A stretch of DNA of 62,467 bases, filler included, from Globobulimina sp. (taxonomy: Eukaryota), in the NCBI GenBank assembly GCA_003354225.1. It is 25 parts of 25 records of this genome, joined end to end, with 100 filler letters (N's around TTAATTAATTAA, not from the genome) between each part and the next. Parts side by side here need not be neighbours in the genome. Positions count along the whole stretch, not along the records: positions 10,021 to 12,424 come from PIVH01006875.1; positions 12,525 to 14,928 come from PIVH01006876.1; positions 15,029 to 17,432 come from PIVH01006877.1; positions 17,533 to 19,936 come from PIVH01006878.1; positions 20,037 to 22,439 come from PIVH01006879.1; 20 more parts are not named here. One strand, given 5' to 3'. Positions 10,933 to 22,539 of this stretch are shown in pieces (position 1 is the first letter of the stretch; every line of letters starts with the position of its first letter). A program made the position numbers and the translations under genes. Under the pieces are notes generated by a model. It was not told the DNA's origin, did no database searches, and was given only the letters and a program-made list of their open reading frames with translations.

Positions 10933-12141
10933 ATGAATATTATATTATCATTAGTCTTTCTAATATATTTTGCTTCTGCAAGCCATAATATCAACGACAA
11001 AAAGTCTAAATCTAAATCTGTTGAATCAAGGCAGTGTCCAGATGACAAGCCCAATCGTTGCGGCAAGAGTTGGGATGATGCTAATAAGAAATGCGGACAA
11101 TGTTGTTATTTTAACGATGACTGCACCAAACGTGATCAAAAATGTTATGCGGAGCTTAGTCCAGAACCCTGTGGCGGAACAAAGCCACCAACACCGGCAC
11201 CCACATATAACAGACCATGTCCTGTCCGTTGTGGAGTGACTTGGCCTGATGCTAATACACAATGCGGGCAATGCTGTACAGACAATGCTGACTGCACAGA
11301 TCCAAACGCACTGTGTTGGGCTGATCTGGATACATCTCCCTGTCCCACAGCAACAACACCAACAGCAGCACCAACACCGCCACCAACCGGCGATAACCAA
11401 GCCAGTGATTACCGTATCCCAACGATCAGCGGTTGTGGCCGTGGCAAGTATGTGGCATTAACCTTTGATGATGGACCAGCCAATGGAGCCAATGGAGAAA
11501 CACAAATAATTATCGATAAGTTGGTCGCACGTGGCATTGTGGCGACATTTTATGTGTCGCCAGCTGTGAATGGCGACGATCAGCCTGGTTTGGAGGAAAG
11601 ATGTGTGTTAATACAAGAATTAGTCGACGCTGGCATGGAGATTCAAAGCCATTCATGGTCTCATCCTGACTTCGCAAGTGTTACTGTGGCGGGAAGTGGT
11701 GCGCCATTAAGCAATGCGGCGATAAAACAACAATTGGATGACACACGGGATGAGGTGGTGCGGTGCGGCGGTGTGGCTCCGACCATATTTCGGCCGCCCT
11801 ATGGCTCTTTGAATAGAGCACAAGCGGAGTATATTGCGCGTGACTTGGGATATATTCTGGGTCTATGGAATCTAGATTCAAATGATTGGAGGGATCCGAA
11901 CGATGTGGTTGCCATATCTGACAATATCGATTTGAGTTTGTATGGCGAGGACAGTGTTACTGTTTTGATGCATGATCGGAGTGTTTATGCGGTTTTAGAT
12001 GATATTATCGATTTGTTTGATGGGTATGAGTTTATTACACAAAGTGAATGTTTTGCGAGGTGTGATACAATGGATAATGATGGAGTTTGTGTGGATTCGC
12101 ATGGATTTGATTTTTGGATAATTGATACGTGGCGAAATTGA
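10933..12141 (+). CDS. Secreted CE4/NodB polysaccharide (chitin-type) deacetylase with two N-terminal Cys-rich repeats
   Basis: Signal peptide; all five CE4 motifs (TFDDGP, HSWSHP, FRPPYG, DSNDW, LMHD); repeats CGxxWxDANxxCGQCC...DC...C(Y/W)AxL...PC with PT linkers. Confidence 0.92.
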   Translation: MNIILSLVFLIYFASASHNINDKKSKSKSVESRQCPDDKPNRCGKSWDDANKKCGQCCYFNDDCTKRDQKCYAELSPEPCGGTKPPTPAPTYNRPCPVRCGVTWPDANTQCGQCCTDNADCTDPNALCWADLDTSPCPTATTPTAAPTPPPTGDNQASDYRIPTISGCGRGKYVALTFDDGPANGANGETQIIIDKLVARGIVATFYVSPAVNGDDQPGLEERCVLIQELVDAGMEIQSHSWSHPDFASVTVAGSGAPLSNAAIKQQLDDTRDEVVRCGGVAPTIFRPPYGSLNRAQAEYIARDLGYILGLWNLDSNDWRDPNDVVAISDNIDLSLYGEDSVTVLMHDRSVYAVLDDIIDLFDGYEFITQSECFARCDTMDNDGVCVDSHGFDFWIIDTWRN

Positions 12142-12889
12142 TTAACATACGATTTTTTTTTTACATGTTGCTGCTAATTGGGTGCAAATGAGCACTTTTT
12201 TTGTTGTTGAAAATATATTTTATATTTTTTTCTCTCACCTTTCGAACAAGTATACGTAGTTTTAGTTTGTGAACGTTTTTTTGTTATATTTTTAGTACAT
12301 CAAATGTTTTAAATTTTACCTTCTATTTTTATTCAACGATTAGTTCCCGTGGTCATCCATCGACTGCAAAAGGCGAAATCCGACCACCCAACACAAAGCG
12401 ATAGCAAAGATGGTGGTTATCTTTNNNNNNNNNNNNNNNNNNNNNNNNNNNNNNNNNNNNNNNNNNNNTTAATTAATTAANNNNNNNNNNNNNNNNNNNN
12501 NNNNNNNNNNNNNNNNNNNNNNNNCAAACAAAAAAATATCTTTAAGATTTCAGAAACAAAATAAAATAACTTGTTGTTATAAAACCTGAAAATGTAATAA
12601 ATTGATTGATTGGCTGCTGTGTATTTGTGGTTTTACGAATTTGTATATTGTTGTATTTTAATTATGGATTTTGTTATCGAATAAATAAAGAGTATGATTA
12701 TACTGCGTATACTCCATTTGCTGTAACATATAAGTTAGACACATACGTATAATACAATGTGATGATTGGAAGAAATATGTCTGAAAACGCATAAAATAAA
12801 TATTTCATGTCAATATCTAACGTTTGTTTGACAAAGATTGGTTTGACAAATTAAGCTTTCAAAAAAACTTTAACAAAACTCGTGACTGA

Positions 12890-14335
12890 ATGGCAAAGGA
12901 AATTATCACCATATGTATTGGCCAAGGTGGTGTGCAATTGGGTGAGTCTGTGTGGAAACAATACAACGCAGAACATTGCATAGCAAGCGACGGAACATAT
13001 ACTGACGAAACGAAAGATGCAGACACTCAATTTCTGAATTTCTACCAAGAATCACAAACAGGCAAATACAATGCCCGATGTATTATGATTGACACAAATC
13101 AACAAACAATTAACAACCTAAAGGCCTCGAAATATAGTGAATTATACAAGGCACAGTATTTATTATCACACAAATTCGATGCTGAAAACAACTTTGCTTC
13201 TGGTCGCTGCGTGATTGGTCCACAACTTATTAACTTGATAAATAACAAAATACGCAAAGCCTCAGAGCATTGTGACAATTTGCAAGGTTTCATCGTCAAA
13301 CATTCCATTGGCGGCGGTACAGGATCTGGTTTAGGCTCATTAATATTGGAAAACATGAGCAATGACTTTAAAAAATTAACAAAAATCGGATTCGAGATTT
13401 TCCCCTCACCCACAATTTCAAGCTGCATTGTTGAGCCATACAACTCGTTGTTATCCATTCATTACTTATTGCAATATCTAAATATGTCGATTGTGTTAGA
13501 CAACGAAGGCATATATGAAATCTGTCAAAGGTTCTTAGATGTGCGACGGCCCAGTTTTGACAACTTAAATAATTTGATTCGGAAAAACATATCATCCTTT
13601 ACTGGAACATTTAGGTTTGGCAATAAATCGCGCAGTGTTGGACTGGATGAATTTGTTACAAATTTGACACCTTTTCCAAGATTGCATTTTATGATTACAT
13701 CCATAGCGCCGTGTATGCCATCTCGGAGGAGCGAGTCACGCAATTTGAGTTTGATAAAAATTGTAGAATCTGCATGTTCGCCGAAGCTTTTTTCCGCAAA
13801 GTTGAGTAATAAAATATTGTTTGTTTCTGAGATATGATTTAATTTGGACAGAATTGCTGATTTTGATATTGAGGAGGATAAATATACTGCGATGTATTTG
13901 AATGTCAGCGGGGAAATTGATGTGAAAGAATTGAATGTGTGTAGTAAGTGGTTGGTGGATGAGAAAAAAGTAGTATTTACAGAATGGACACCATGTCAAA
14001 ACATTAATGTGTTAGCAAAGAAAGAGAGTATTGTGGCTTTGGAAGATGATGATATTGGACGTGTTTGCAAAGAAAGTGTTTCTATGATAGGGAATAATTA
14101 TGCGATTTCCAGGTTGTTTAGAGAAAGAATTGCGATGAAATATGATTTGATGTATTCACAGAGAGCATTTGTACATTGGTATGTTGGTGAAGGGTTAGAA
14201 GAGAGTGATTTTGAGCAAGCAAGGAATGATATCACTGATTTAGAGAAAGAATATCTGGATACATTGATGGATCAATATTCCAGTGATGATAACAGTGAAG
14301 AAAACAGTGATATCGATGATGCTAAAAAAGATTGA
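12890..14335 (+). CDS. Highly divergent alpha-tubulin (retarian alpha2-like), 2 exons, intron 13801-13851
   Basis: KEIITICIGQGGVQLG, GGGTGSG, VEPYNS, PFPRLHF, YDLMYSQRAFVHWYVGEG; removing a 51-nt GT-AG intron joins the two ORFs as FSAK/IADFD. Confidence 0.92.
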
Positions 14336-14625
14336 TTTCTATGTAATGTTTTATAATTTATAATGTGAGCAAGGTTGTAATTAGATGAAGTAAGCAAGGT
14401 TGAACTAAAGGTTTTTAAACAAAATTCTTTCATCCGGGTATGATTCTCATTCACTAATTTAAAAGCTTGATTTCTATGAATAAAAAAGATGCAGTGCATT
14501 CATTGTGAAAATAAGGCAATACGCAGATGTATTCGATGAAACATATAACATTCAGAAATTAGTTTGTTAACGGATATAAAAATAAAATCGTTTTTCATAA
14601 CGCAACAACAGATTGCTTTTAAAAT

Positions 14626-14928
14626 TCAGCCCAAAAATTCTATATCCTGAAGGAATTTAAATCTTTTCGGTGATAACAAATCAACATCAATGCCCAAATC
14701 AATATATTTCTTTGGTAACTCCTTATCGACAGCCAAATACGAAGCAATTTCCGAATACGCCGGCGAAGTTTGCACGCCATAACCACCCAACGCTGCGCAC
14801 CAAATAAACGATTTGTCCTCAAACGATGGTCCAATTACAATATTTTTGTCCTGTTTGTGTGAACATTTAATCCCCGCCATTTTGGTAGCCACATTCTTTA
14901 CTTTTAATGTCGTATACTTTGCAAGTTT
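14626..14928 (-). CDS. FAD-dependent oxidoreductase (DAO/glycine oxidase family), C-terminal fragment
   Basis: AGIKC...DKNIVIGP...FIWCAALGGYGVQTSPA...LLSPKRF is the typical DAO-family C-terminus. Confidence 0.8.
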   Translation of the reverse strand, partial: KLAKYTTLKVKNVATKMAGIKCSHKQDKNIVIGPSFEDKSFIWCAALGGYGVQTSPAYSEIASYLAVDKELPKKYIDLGIDVDLLSPKRFKFLQDIEFLG

Positions 14929-15028
14929 NNNNNNNNNNNNNNNNNNNNNNNNNNNNNNNNNNNNNNNNNNNNTTAATTAATTAANNNNNNNNNNNNNNNN
15001 NNNNNNNNNNNNNNNNNNNNNNNNNNNN

Positions 15029-15173
15029 TCGATTTATTCGTTTTTTAGCACTATCATATGCCGATTGGTTATCCACACAAAAGGACATTGACGATGACGA
15101 TATTAAAAAAGAATGGAAACATGCTCTCAAAATGCAACCAAACGGTTTCAATTTTGGTGGACTTGCCAGTTAA
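15029..15173 (+). CDS. 3' end of an unidentified gene
   Basis: Open frame RFIRFLALSYADWLSTQKDIDDDDIKKEWKHALKMQPNGFNFGGLAS* from the contig start. Confidence 0.45.
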
Positions 15174-15230
15174 TTGCATAAACACACATATCTGCGAATT
15201 TGCGTACTTCAAAATTGCAATCAACAATAC

Positions 15231-17277
15231 ATGACAGATGGAACCAATGAAGAATACAAATCTGACATAAAAGCTTCATTCCAATCCGACATCAAACCAG
15301 AAAACAACAGCAATGGCCCCCAGGCCAATGGACATGTTCCACTCCCAAACAACAACACTAACAACCAAACCAATTCAGGCGATCGCGACAAAACCAATAA
15401 TAATGAGAACAACCACACCGTGAACCACAACGAAAGCACTGATCGATTGCAGTTAAATGAGAAGAAGCCGTTGGATGGATTTAAACGGCTATATACAGAA
15501 AACGACGAACAATTAAAAGCGCAATTGAACAAAATCATCACTGAGGACGTCGATTTCAATCGATTGCGCCGAGAGATTGAGGGGCCGCCGGCCATGTTAT
15601 CCGACCCCGACGATGTAGCCATTGACAAGATCTTATTGTCAGACTCGAAGAGCAATGACAGCGACACCACGCCGCATACTCCCATCCCACTGTCGCACGA
15701 ACAGGAGAATATGAGGAAATATTTCGAGTTATTAGGCAAGCCACAACAGTTATTATTGAAGTCCAAATTGCCATTATTGTCTGACATCACTACACTAGAC
15801 AAACGCAACGAAATCTTGATCAAAAAGCTCTCGCTTTGCGGCACCAATTTCGATTTCTTGACTACAGTATGAGGATATTTCTATATTCAATACAACTGCA
15901 ACACGCATAATCGCACACAGAACCCATTGGAATTGAAGGGAATTGAGAAGAAGAAGCAAATGTTGACGGAAATCTTGGAGTACATCGCTCGTTATTCATG
16001 GTACAATGAGGAGATCTTAGAGCGGTGCATCTGGACTATTTCGACCAATTTATTTCGGGCCCTACCTCGCAGCGGAAAGAACCCCGACGTCGAAGATGAG
16101 CCCTTTGAAGATCCCGGCTGGGCCCATTTGCAATTGATTTATGATTTGACTTTGCGATTAGTGATCAATACAGATGTGGATAAAAAGGTATTTATATACT
16201 AAATCACCTGGACACATACGCGCAAATTCGCAACATCTTTATATAAAATCACACACATAGACTATGAAGAAGTATTTAGAGGGCGAGTTTGTGGACAATG
16301 TGATTGAGTTATTTGCGTCTGAAGATCCCCGCGAACGCGAATATTTAAAAACGATTTTGCATCGAATCTATGGCCGCTTCATGCCTTTACGCGCCTTGAT
16401 TCGACAGTCGATCGCCAACTGTTGTTATCGTACCATCTATGAACAGTACACTGTGCAGTTTGAGTACTTCGACGACATTATCGATTACGCCAACAATGGG
16501 CAACAATACAAACGCGGCAAAGCCATCGCCAAAGAAAAGTCGTATTACCGCCACAGCATCCGCAACGAAAATGGAATCGCGGAATTTCTAGAGATATTTT
16601 GCAGCATAATCCACGGCTTCAGCATCCCGGTCAAGAAGGAACACAAAGACTTCCTGCGCAATGTGTTGGTGCCGCTGCACAAATGCCGCAAATTGGAGAA
16701 GTTCCATGAACAGTTGGTGGCGTGCTGCGTGCAGTTCGTGTTCAAGGACCCGTGCGTGGCGCCGGTGATTTTGGGCGGATTGTTGCGGTTTTGGCCCGTT
16801 CAGTCGCCTACGAAGGAGGAGATGTTCATTGCTGAGGTGGTGAATGTGGTGAACGCGATGATCAATCACAAGAATGGCTTCTCGTGGCCCGATAATAAGG
16901 AGATCTGTCTGTCGGTGATCGATAAGTTGGTGTTTTGCATGAAGTCGCATCATCATTCGGTGGCGGAGCGCGCGTTGTTAGTGTGGGGCGAGGACGCCAT
17001 TGAGATATTGATCGATTTGGACAAAAAGAGTATATGGCCGAAAATCGTGCAGGCTTTTTTGGATAATAAGAACCATTGGAATGAGAGTTTGAGGGAATGC
17101 AATGAAGAGGCCATGGATGTGTTTAAAGTGCGGGATCCGCAGACTTTTAATAGAATAAAGGAAGAGTATGAAAGGAATACCATTATAAAGATGCAGACTA
17201 AGCCGACGGTGAAGGATACGAAACGCGATCAGAAATGGATGCGGATTAAGCAAATGGCGCAGAAAAATAAAAAATAA
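15231..17277 (+). CDS. PP2A regulatory subunit B' (B56 family), 3 exons, introns 15867-15920 and 16188-16260
   Basis: LIKKLSLCGTNFDF, NLFRALP, EDPGWAHLQLIY, LFASEDPREREYLKTILHRIYGRF, NGIAEFLEI, LLRFWP, VAERAL, HWN. Confidence 0.95.
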
Positions 17278-17532
17278 TAGTTTTTTTCTTTTGGAGTTTC
17301 GCAGTTTTTTTGTGTGTGTTTTTCGATTATATTTTACTATAAATTTTACTGTATTTTATCAGCTCGCTGCAGATTTTTCTTTTTTCTATTTTTTTTTTCT
17401 TTTGTTTATTTTTTGTAATGTGAAAGAAAATCNNNNNNNNNNNNNNNNNNNNNNNNNNNNNNNNNNNNNNNNNNNNTTAATTAATTAANNNNNNNNNNNN
17501 NNNNNNNNNNNNNNNNNNNNNNNNNNNNNNNN

Positions 17533-19936
17533 CGTAATTCTGCCGCCAATCGCCGCCAATCAACGCGCACAAAACATGCAGCAAACTGCAGAAAATGAGG
17601 CCAAAATAGGCCAGCAACAAATGAATGTGTTTGTATCCCAACAAATTGTCCAAAACGAGGCGCACAATGCACATCTGGCGCAATCTGCCATTCTCATTCA
17701 AAAAGGACTGCAAACTGCTCATTCGCGACAACAGCATCAAGATCAAAGAGAGCAGCATCACGCGGCCCGTACACACCATCACCAAATCACGCACTGTCAG
17801 CGACGCCATCTCATTCAAATTCGCGTACGGCAACAACGGGAAAAACAGCCGCTCGCAGACCCCAAACGCGCAAATCCCAAAATACATCAACAAAAACAGC
17901 AGAAACTCGCCATATTCGTACAACAATGCATAGACCACAGCGTCCACCTTCTTCCACCGGCCCACACCCCCAAAAATCAGCGAGCTCCGCAACTTATGAA
18001 TACTGCAACAATTACACCGTTTTGCTTTGGCCGCATACGCATTGAAGCCATTATAATCAACCAGCAGCGGAGAGCTTTTTCCATCGTCATTCTCGTAATA
18101 CGCGCAATCTTCGTCAATGGCCGCATTCCCATCGCATTTCTCGTCCATTTTGCTCTGAACATTAACATCCAATGTGGTCACCGTCGCCGTCGAGTTGTTG
18201 GACTTTATCGAGGTTTGCAGCTTTAAGCCGGCGCCAATACCGCTAGTCCGCGGAGTGTGTGTCACCGAATTGGCCATCAAGCCGCCGCCCAATTTCTTGC
18301 GGGTGTTATTCGGCGACAGCACCGGGTTCGGCGCCGTGTAGCTCTGCGTCGACTTTATTATGCCCAACAAATGTTTCTTCCGTTTCCGCCCCGCCGCCGC
18401 AGCGCCATTCGGCGATAATAAGCTCGTCCGCGTCAACACGGTGCCGCTCGACACATTGTTCAATAGTTCCAGCTCCAACGCCACCTCCTTCTCCTTCGGG
18501 AAGCTCGTGTAAGTGATCACATTGGTCATCAGCTTCGAAGTGATGTAACACGTCGCAATGCCGTCGATCTTCAGATTCCAATCCAAGTCTTGCTTCATTT
18601 TGATGTTCCGCGGCTGTGTCGGGTGGTTTATGTCATCTCTGTCCAGGTTCCGCAGCCGTTTATAAATGAACAAATTCAGGTTCTTCAAGTCCGGGTATTG
18701 CGAGATCCGAAAGTCAGTCGATAGCAGCCACGGGTTATTCGTGTAGTATTTGGGGATATATTGGCTGAAAAAGGACGAAACCTCTTGGTTTTGCATGATC
18801 AGCGGACTCGCCGCCAAATGCTTGTTGGTTTTGCGGTCCTTCCCAGCACCGCCAATCACCGACGCATTGCCATCGGCGCCGACGAACACCGCCGGACCGA
18901 TGAGGCGTAATTTGTTGCCGCCGGCGGGCATAGCGATTTTGGGCAGGGAGCGCGACGCCGAATGGGGGGCCAACATTCGCGGCAAATCGTCGTCGACGTA
19001 CTCCATGTCGTCGTCAGCCATCTCCGTGGCGGCGGCGGCTGCGGCGGCGGCTTTGAACGGGTTGTTTAGCGGTGGATTGTTGAATGATTCTTCTTCGCTG
19101 GATTCGAGTCTGTATTTTTGATAGGAATCGGATTCGTCGCTGTCTTCATATTGCGACTCGTCGTCGTCGTCATCTTCTTCGTCGTCTGTACTGTGCGTTT
19201 GATCGTCGTCGCGATCGTTTGGATCGTATTCGAGTATGACGGCGGTGTCTGCCTCGTCTTCGTGGTCTGTGTGCGGTGAATGTTGCTGTTGGTCGCTGTG
19301 GGGATTGGGGGCTGGGTCTATTTGGGGGATATTTGTCATAGCCATTGATTGGACATAATCGTATAAATGCATTGGAGGGGAATTATCAGAAAAGGCATCG
19401 TTGATATCATCGGCAGAAAAACAGTGTTCATCGGCACGAGACATACCAGATACGGCGGGGGCGGCATCTGCGGCTTCTGTACATCTGTCGGTGTCGCACT
19501 TTATTGCTATATTCGCTGTGTATACGCAGATAAAAACGCATTGAAAACGTATAAAAATGAGAGAAAAGCACATACGAAGCGACAGAGCCGCGGTATTTTG
19601 GATTTGTAGCTTGAGATTGAACTCTTTTGGCTGTGGCGGCATATGCGGCGATTCTGGACTTTGTGGCTCGTCGCATTGAATCAATTCAGTGCCCACTTTG
19701 ATGTCCAATATGCCGACGATGTCATCCACGGTCTTATGCTCATTCTCATTCTCCACACCATTCTTAAACCGCACTTTTCGACTTCGACTGTTTGAGCGCG
19801 AACTCCCTAACCGAATGGTGGGCATTTTCTGCGTCATTTGGAGCGGCGCTTTGCGAGACATCAAATTCTCGGATTTGGCCATATCGGCAAAGGCCACCTC
19901 CTTCCTTTTGGCGCGCCGCTTCTTTCCTTTATTGAC
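17533..19936 (-). CDS. Large protein fragment: long acidic/disordered region followed by TM helices, possibly ferric-reductase-like; in-frame intron 19516-19575
   Basis: Over 800 codons open; poly-D/E and poly-A tracts; C-terminal hydrophobic helices with HIHLLLAYFGLIFCSLLH; 60-nt AT-rich GTATGT...ACACAG segment within GC-richer coding DNA. Confidence 0.6.
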
Positions 19937-20036
19937 NNNNNNNNNNNNNNNNNNNNNNNNNNNNNNNNNNNNNNNNNNNNTTAATTAATTAANNNNNNNN
20001 NNNNNNNNNNNNNNNNNNNNNNNNNNNNNNNNNNNN

Positions 20037-20328
20037 GGTTGATTTTGTTGATAATAATATTAATTATATCCATCCGAGTGTGCTCGCACATAATTATCAG
20101 CAAAATAGATATCAAAATCAATGGCAGAGTGGATATCGAAATCAATATCCAAATTTATATCAAAATCGATATCCAAATCTCAATCCAAATCTAAATCCAA
20201 ATCTATATCAAAATCAGTATCAAAATGCCAATCCAAATCAATATCAAAATATTAATCCAAATCTAAATCAATATCGCAATCCGTATCGAAATGCACAGCG
20301 AAATGCAAATCAATACAAGTTAAGCTAA
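20037..20328 (+). CDS. N/Q/Y/P-rich low-complexity exon (12-nt repeats NQYP/NLNP/NLYQ)
   Basis: Tandem aatcaatatc/aatccaaatc units in an open frame. Confidence 0.5.
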
Positions 20329-20567
20329 ACACACATTGTCTATGAAATATAATTGGTTAAATGTGTAAGTTATAGATTTATTTTCTGTTTTTGCTGCGTA
20401 CAAATATTTATACAGAAATCTATAGTTTGCACATTCAGACTGAAGGGCTTTTGTGTACATTTTTTTTTACATTTATACACAAAAAACAATGAATCTATAA
20501 TTGCATGACTGTAATTGTAAAAAAAGTGGTTTATTATTGTATAAAATTAAATGAATAATTTAATTCA

Positions 20568-20851
20568 GACCGAATGAAATTGAATTACCTCGCAATCGCT
20601 ATCCAATTAAAATAAAAAATGATGACACAGCAAAAGCAGCAAAAGGCAAAAAAGCGAAAAAAGGCAAAAAGATTCGCGTGAAAAAGAAGAAGAAATTGGT
20701 TGCAATTGAATCTGTGGTGGAGCCCGTGGTAGAATTGCAAGGAAGACAGGTTTTCTCCGATGTTGACGAAGAGAGCGAGAGCGATTATGAGGGTATGCCG
20801 GCAACAATATTACCTCAAAATGGCTGTGTTTATTATTCTTCCAATCAATGA
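20568..20851 (+). CDS. Probable terminal exon, Lys-rich then acidic (not in ORF track)
   Basis: After ttcag: PNEIELPRNRYPIKIKNDDTAKAAKGKKAKKGKKIRVKKKKKLVAIES...DEESESDYEG...SSNQ*. Confidence 0.5.
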
Positions 20852-21349
20852 CTGTTCTCTTTCCTTGCAAATTACATTCATTGTACATACGTATATAATA
20901 TACTAATATTATTAATAGGTTGTTTAGTACAGTAATAAGTTTGTGATTTTTTAAATTAAAACAGTTACATTATACGCTATTATAATTATATAGATCGTAT
21001 CACAATAAATAGATCGGCGACTTTCAAGTGTTTTTCTCTTAGTCACAGTGCTAAAAAAAAATGCTGTGGAAAGATGTTTTTTAAATCTTTCTAGTCTTCA
21101 AAAATGCTGACATATTATGTGGTTTTGTACTGTATTTCGAATGCAAAGGAACGTCATCTCGATTGTCTCCAATACACCAATATAGTGCAACTTTGCTATT
21201 TATGTATCCATAGTATTGTGCATACACACAAGGGACATTATTTATGCTTTAATATATTCATTCTTCTACAAATAATTAATTATTTAATTTTAAACCTGAT
21301 ACAGTGATGCTTGTGTGGTGGCAAAACTGTTTAAGTGGTGTAGATTACG

Positions 21350-22439
21350 ATGGATCTTTCTTCATCAAAATCATCTAATATCCTTCCATCGCTTTATGAA
21401 TCGTCAACAGATTCATGTTTAGCATTGGAGACACAGTGTAGCTCTGTCAATTCCATCTGTTTCAATGGTTGTGATTTCTCATCGTTTCCACCACGGAAAA
21501 ACATAAAATGGACATGTTCAAAATCATGTATATCAGTATTACAGGAACATGGATATAATATATTAAACAAAATATGTGATACACTTCAAGGAGAATTAAT
21601 TTTAGCTGAAGCAAAATATGAAGATGGCACGTTTCATAAAGTTGCAATTAAAAGAACTGACAAAACATTGCATGAAAGGAAAATATGTCTCAATCAAAGT
21701 GAAACATATTTCTTGTTGGACGAAAATATAATTTCTGAAGGAATAATTTTAAATATACTGTCAAACAGTGATGGTGCAAGTGATTATATCTGTAAATTTA
21801 TTGAATTTTTCCAATCAGAATCTGATTATTATCTCGTTATTGAATACATATCATCCGAGCTAACACTTGAACAGTTTTGTAAGAAAGCACATAAATATAT
21901 TAATAAAGGCACACTACAAAGAAATGAGTGGGATTTTTTTACAAAACATATCTTTTCACAGTTAGCGAATACATTGGATTATATGCACAATTCATTGAAT
22001 ATATCGCATTTAGATTTAAGTGGTGATAATATATTGATCGAGAATGGAACATTTTTTATTGCTGAAGATGGTGAAATTAAAATAAATCGGAGTGTTTCTA
22101 TAAAAATATGTGACTTTGGCTTAGCTGAAATGTTTGATCCAAATGATTTAAAATGTGATAAAAAGGCACCTCAATTTGAATTAAATTATAAAGCGCCGGA
22201 AATATTCAATGATGAAAAGTATAATCCAATCAAAGCAGATATTTGGTCATTAGGTATTATTTTATATGAAATGGTGTTTGATTGTTTTCCGTATGATATA
22301 CAAAATGGAGTCGATGATAAAAGATATGCTTTGATGCTTGGAAATAGTGTGCATGAAGTTATACAAATGAATAAATTAAAAGTAAATGAAACAATGATAT
22401 CGTTATTAGCCAAAATGTTGAACGTAAATGAAAAATATA
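21350..22439 (+). CDS. Ser/Thr protein kinase (CAMK-like, HLD catalytic loop), 3'-truncated
   Basis: VAIK, HLDLSGDNILI, ICDFGLAE, YKAPE, DIWSLG. Confidence 0.92.
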
Positions 22440-22539
22440 NNNNNNNNNNNNNNNNNNNNNNNNNNNNNNNNNNNNNNNNNNNNTTAATTAATTAANNNNN
22501 NNNNNNNNNNNNNNNNNNNNNNNNNNNNNNNNNNNNNNN

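Noticed and set aside
17576-18226. 216-aa Q/H-rich plus-strand ORF
   Set aside because: Antisense to the TM-coding part of the long minus-strand ORF; no independent support.
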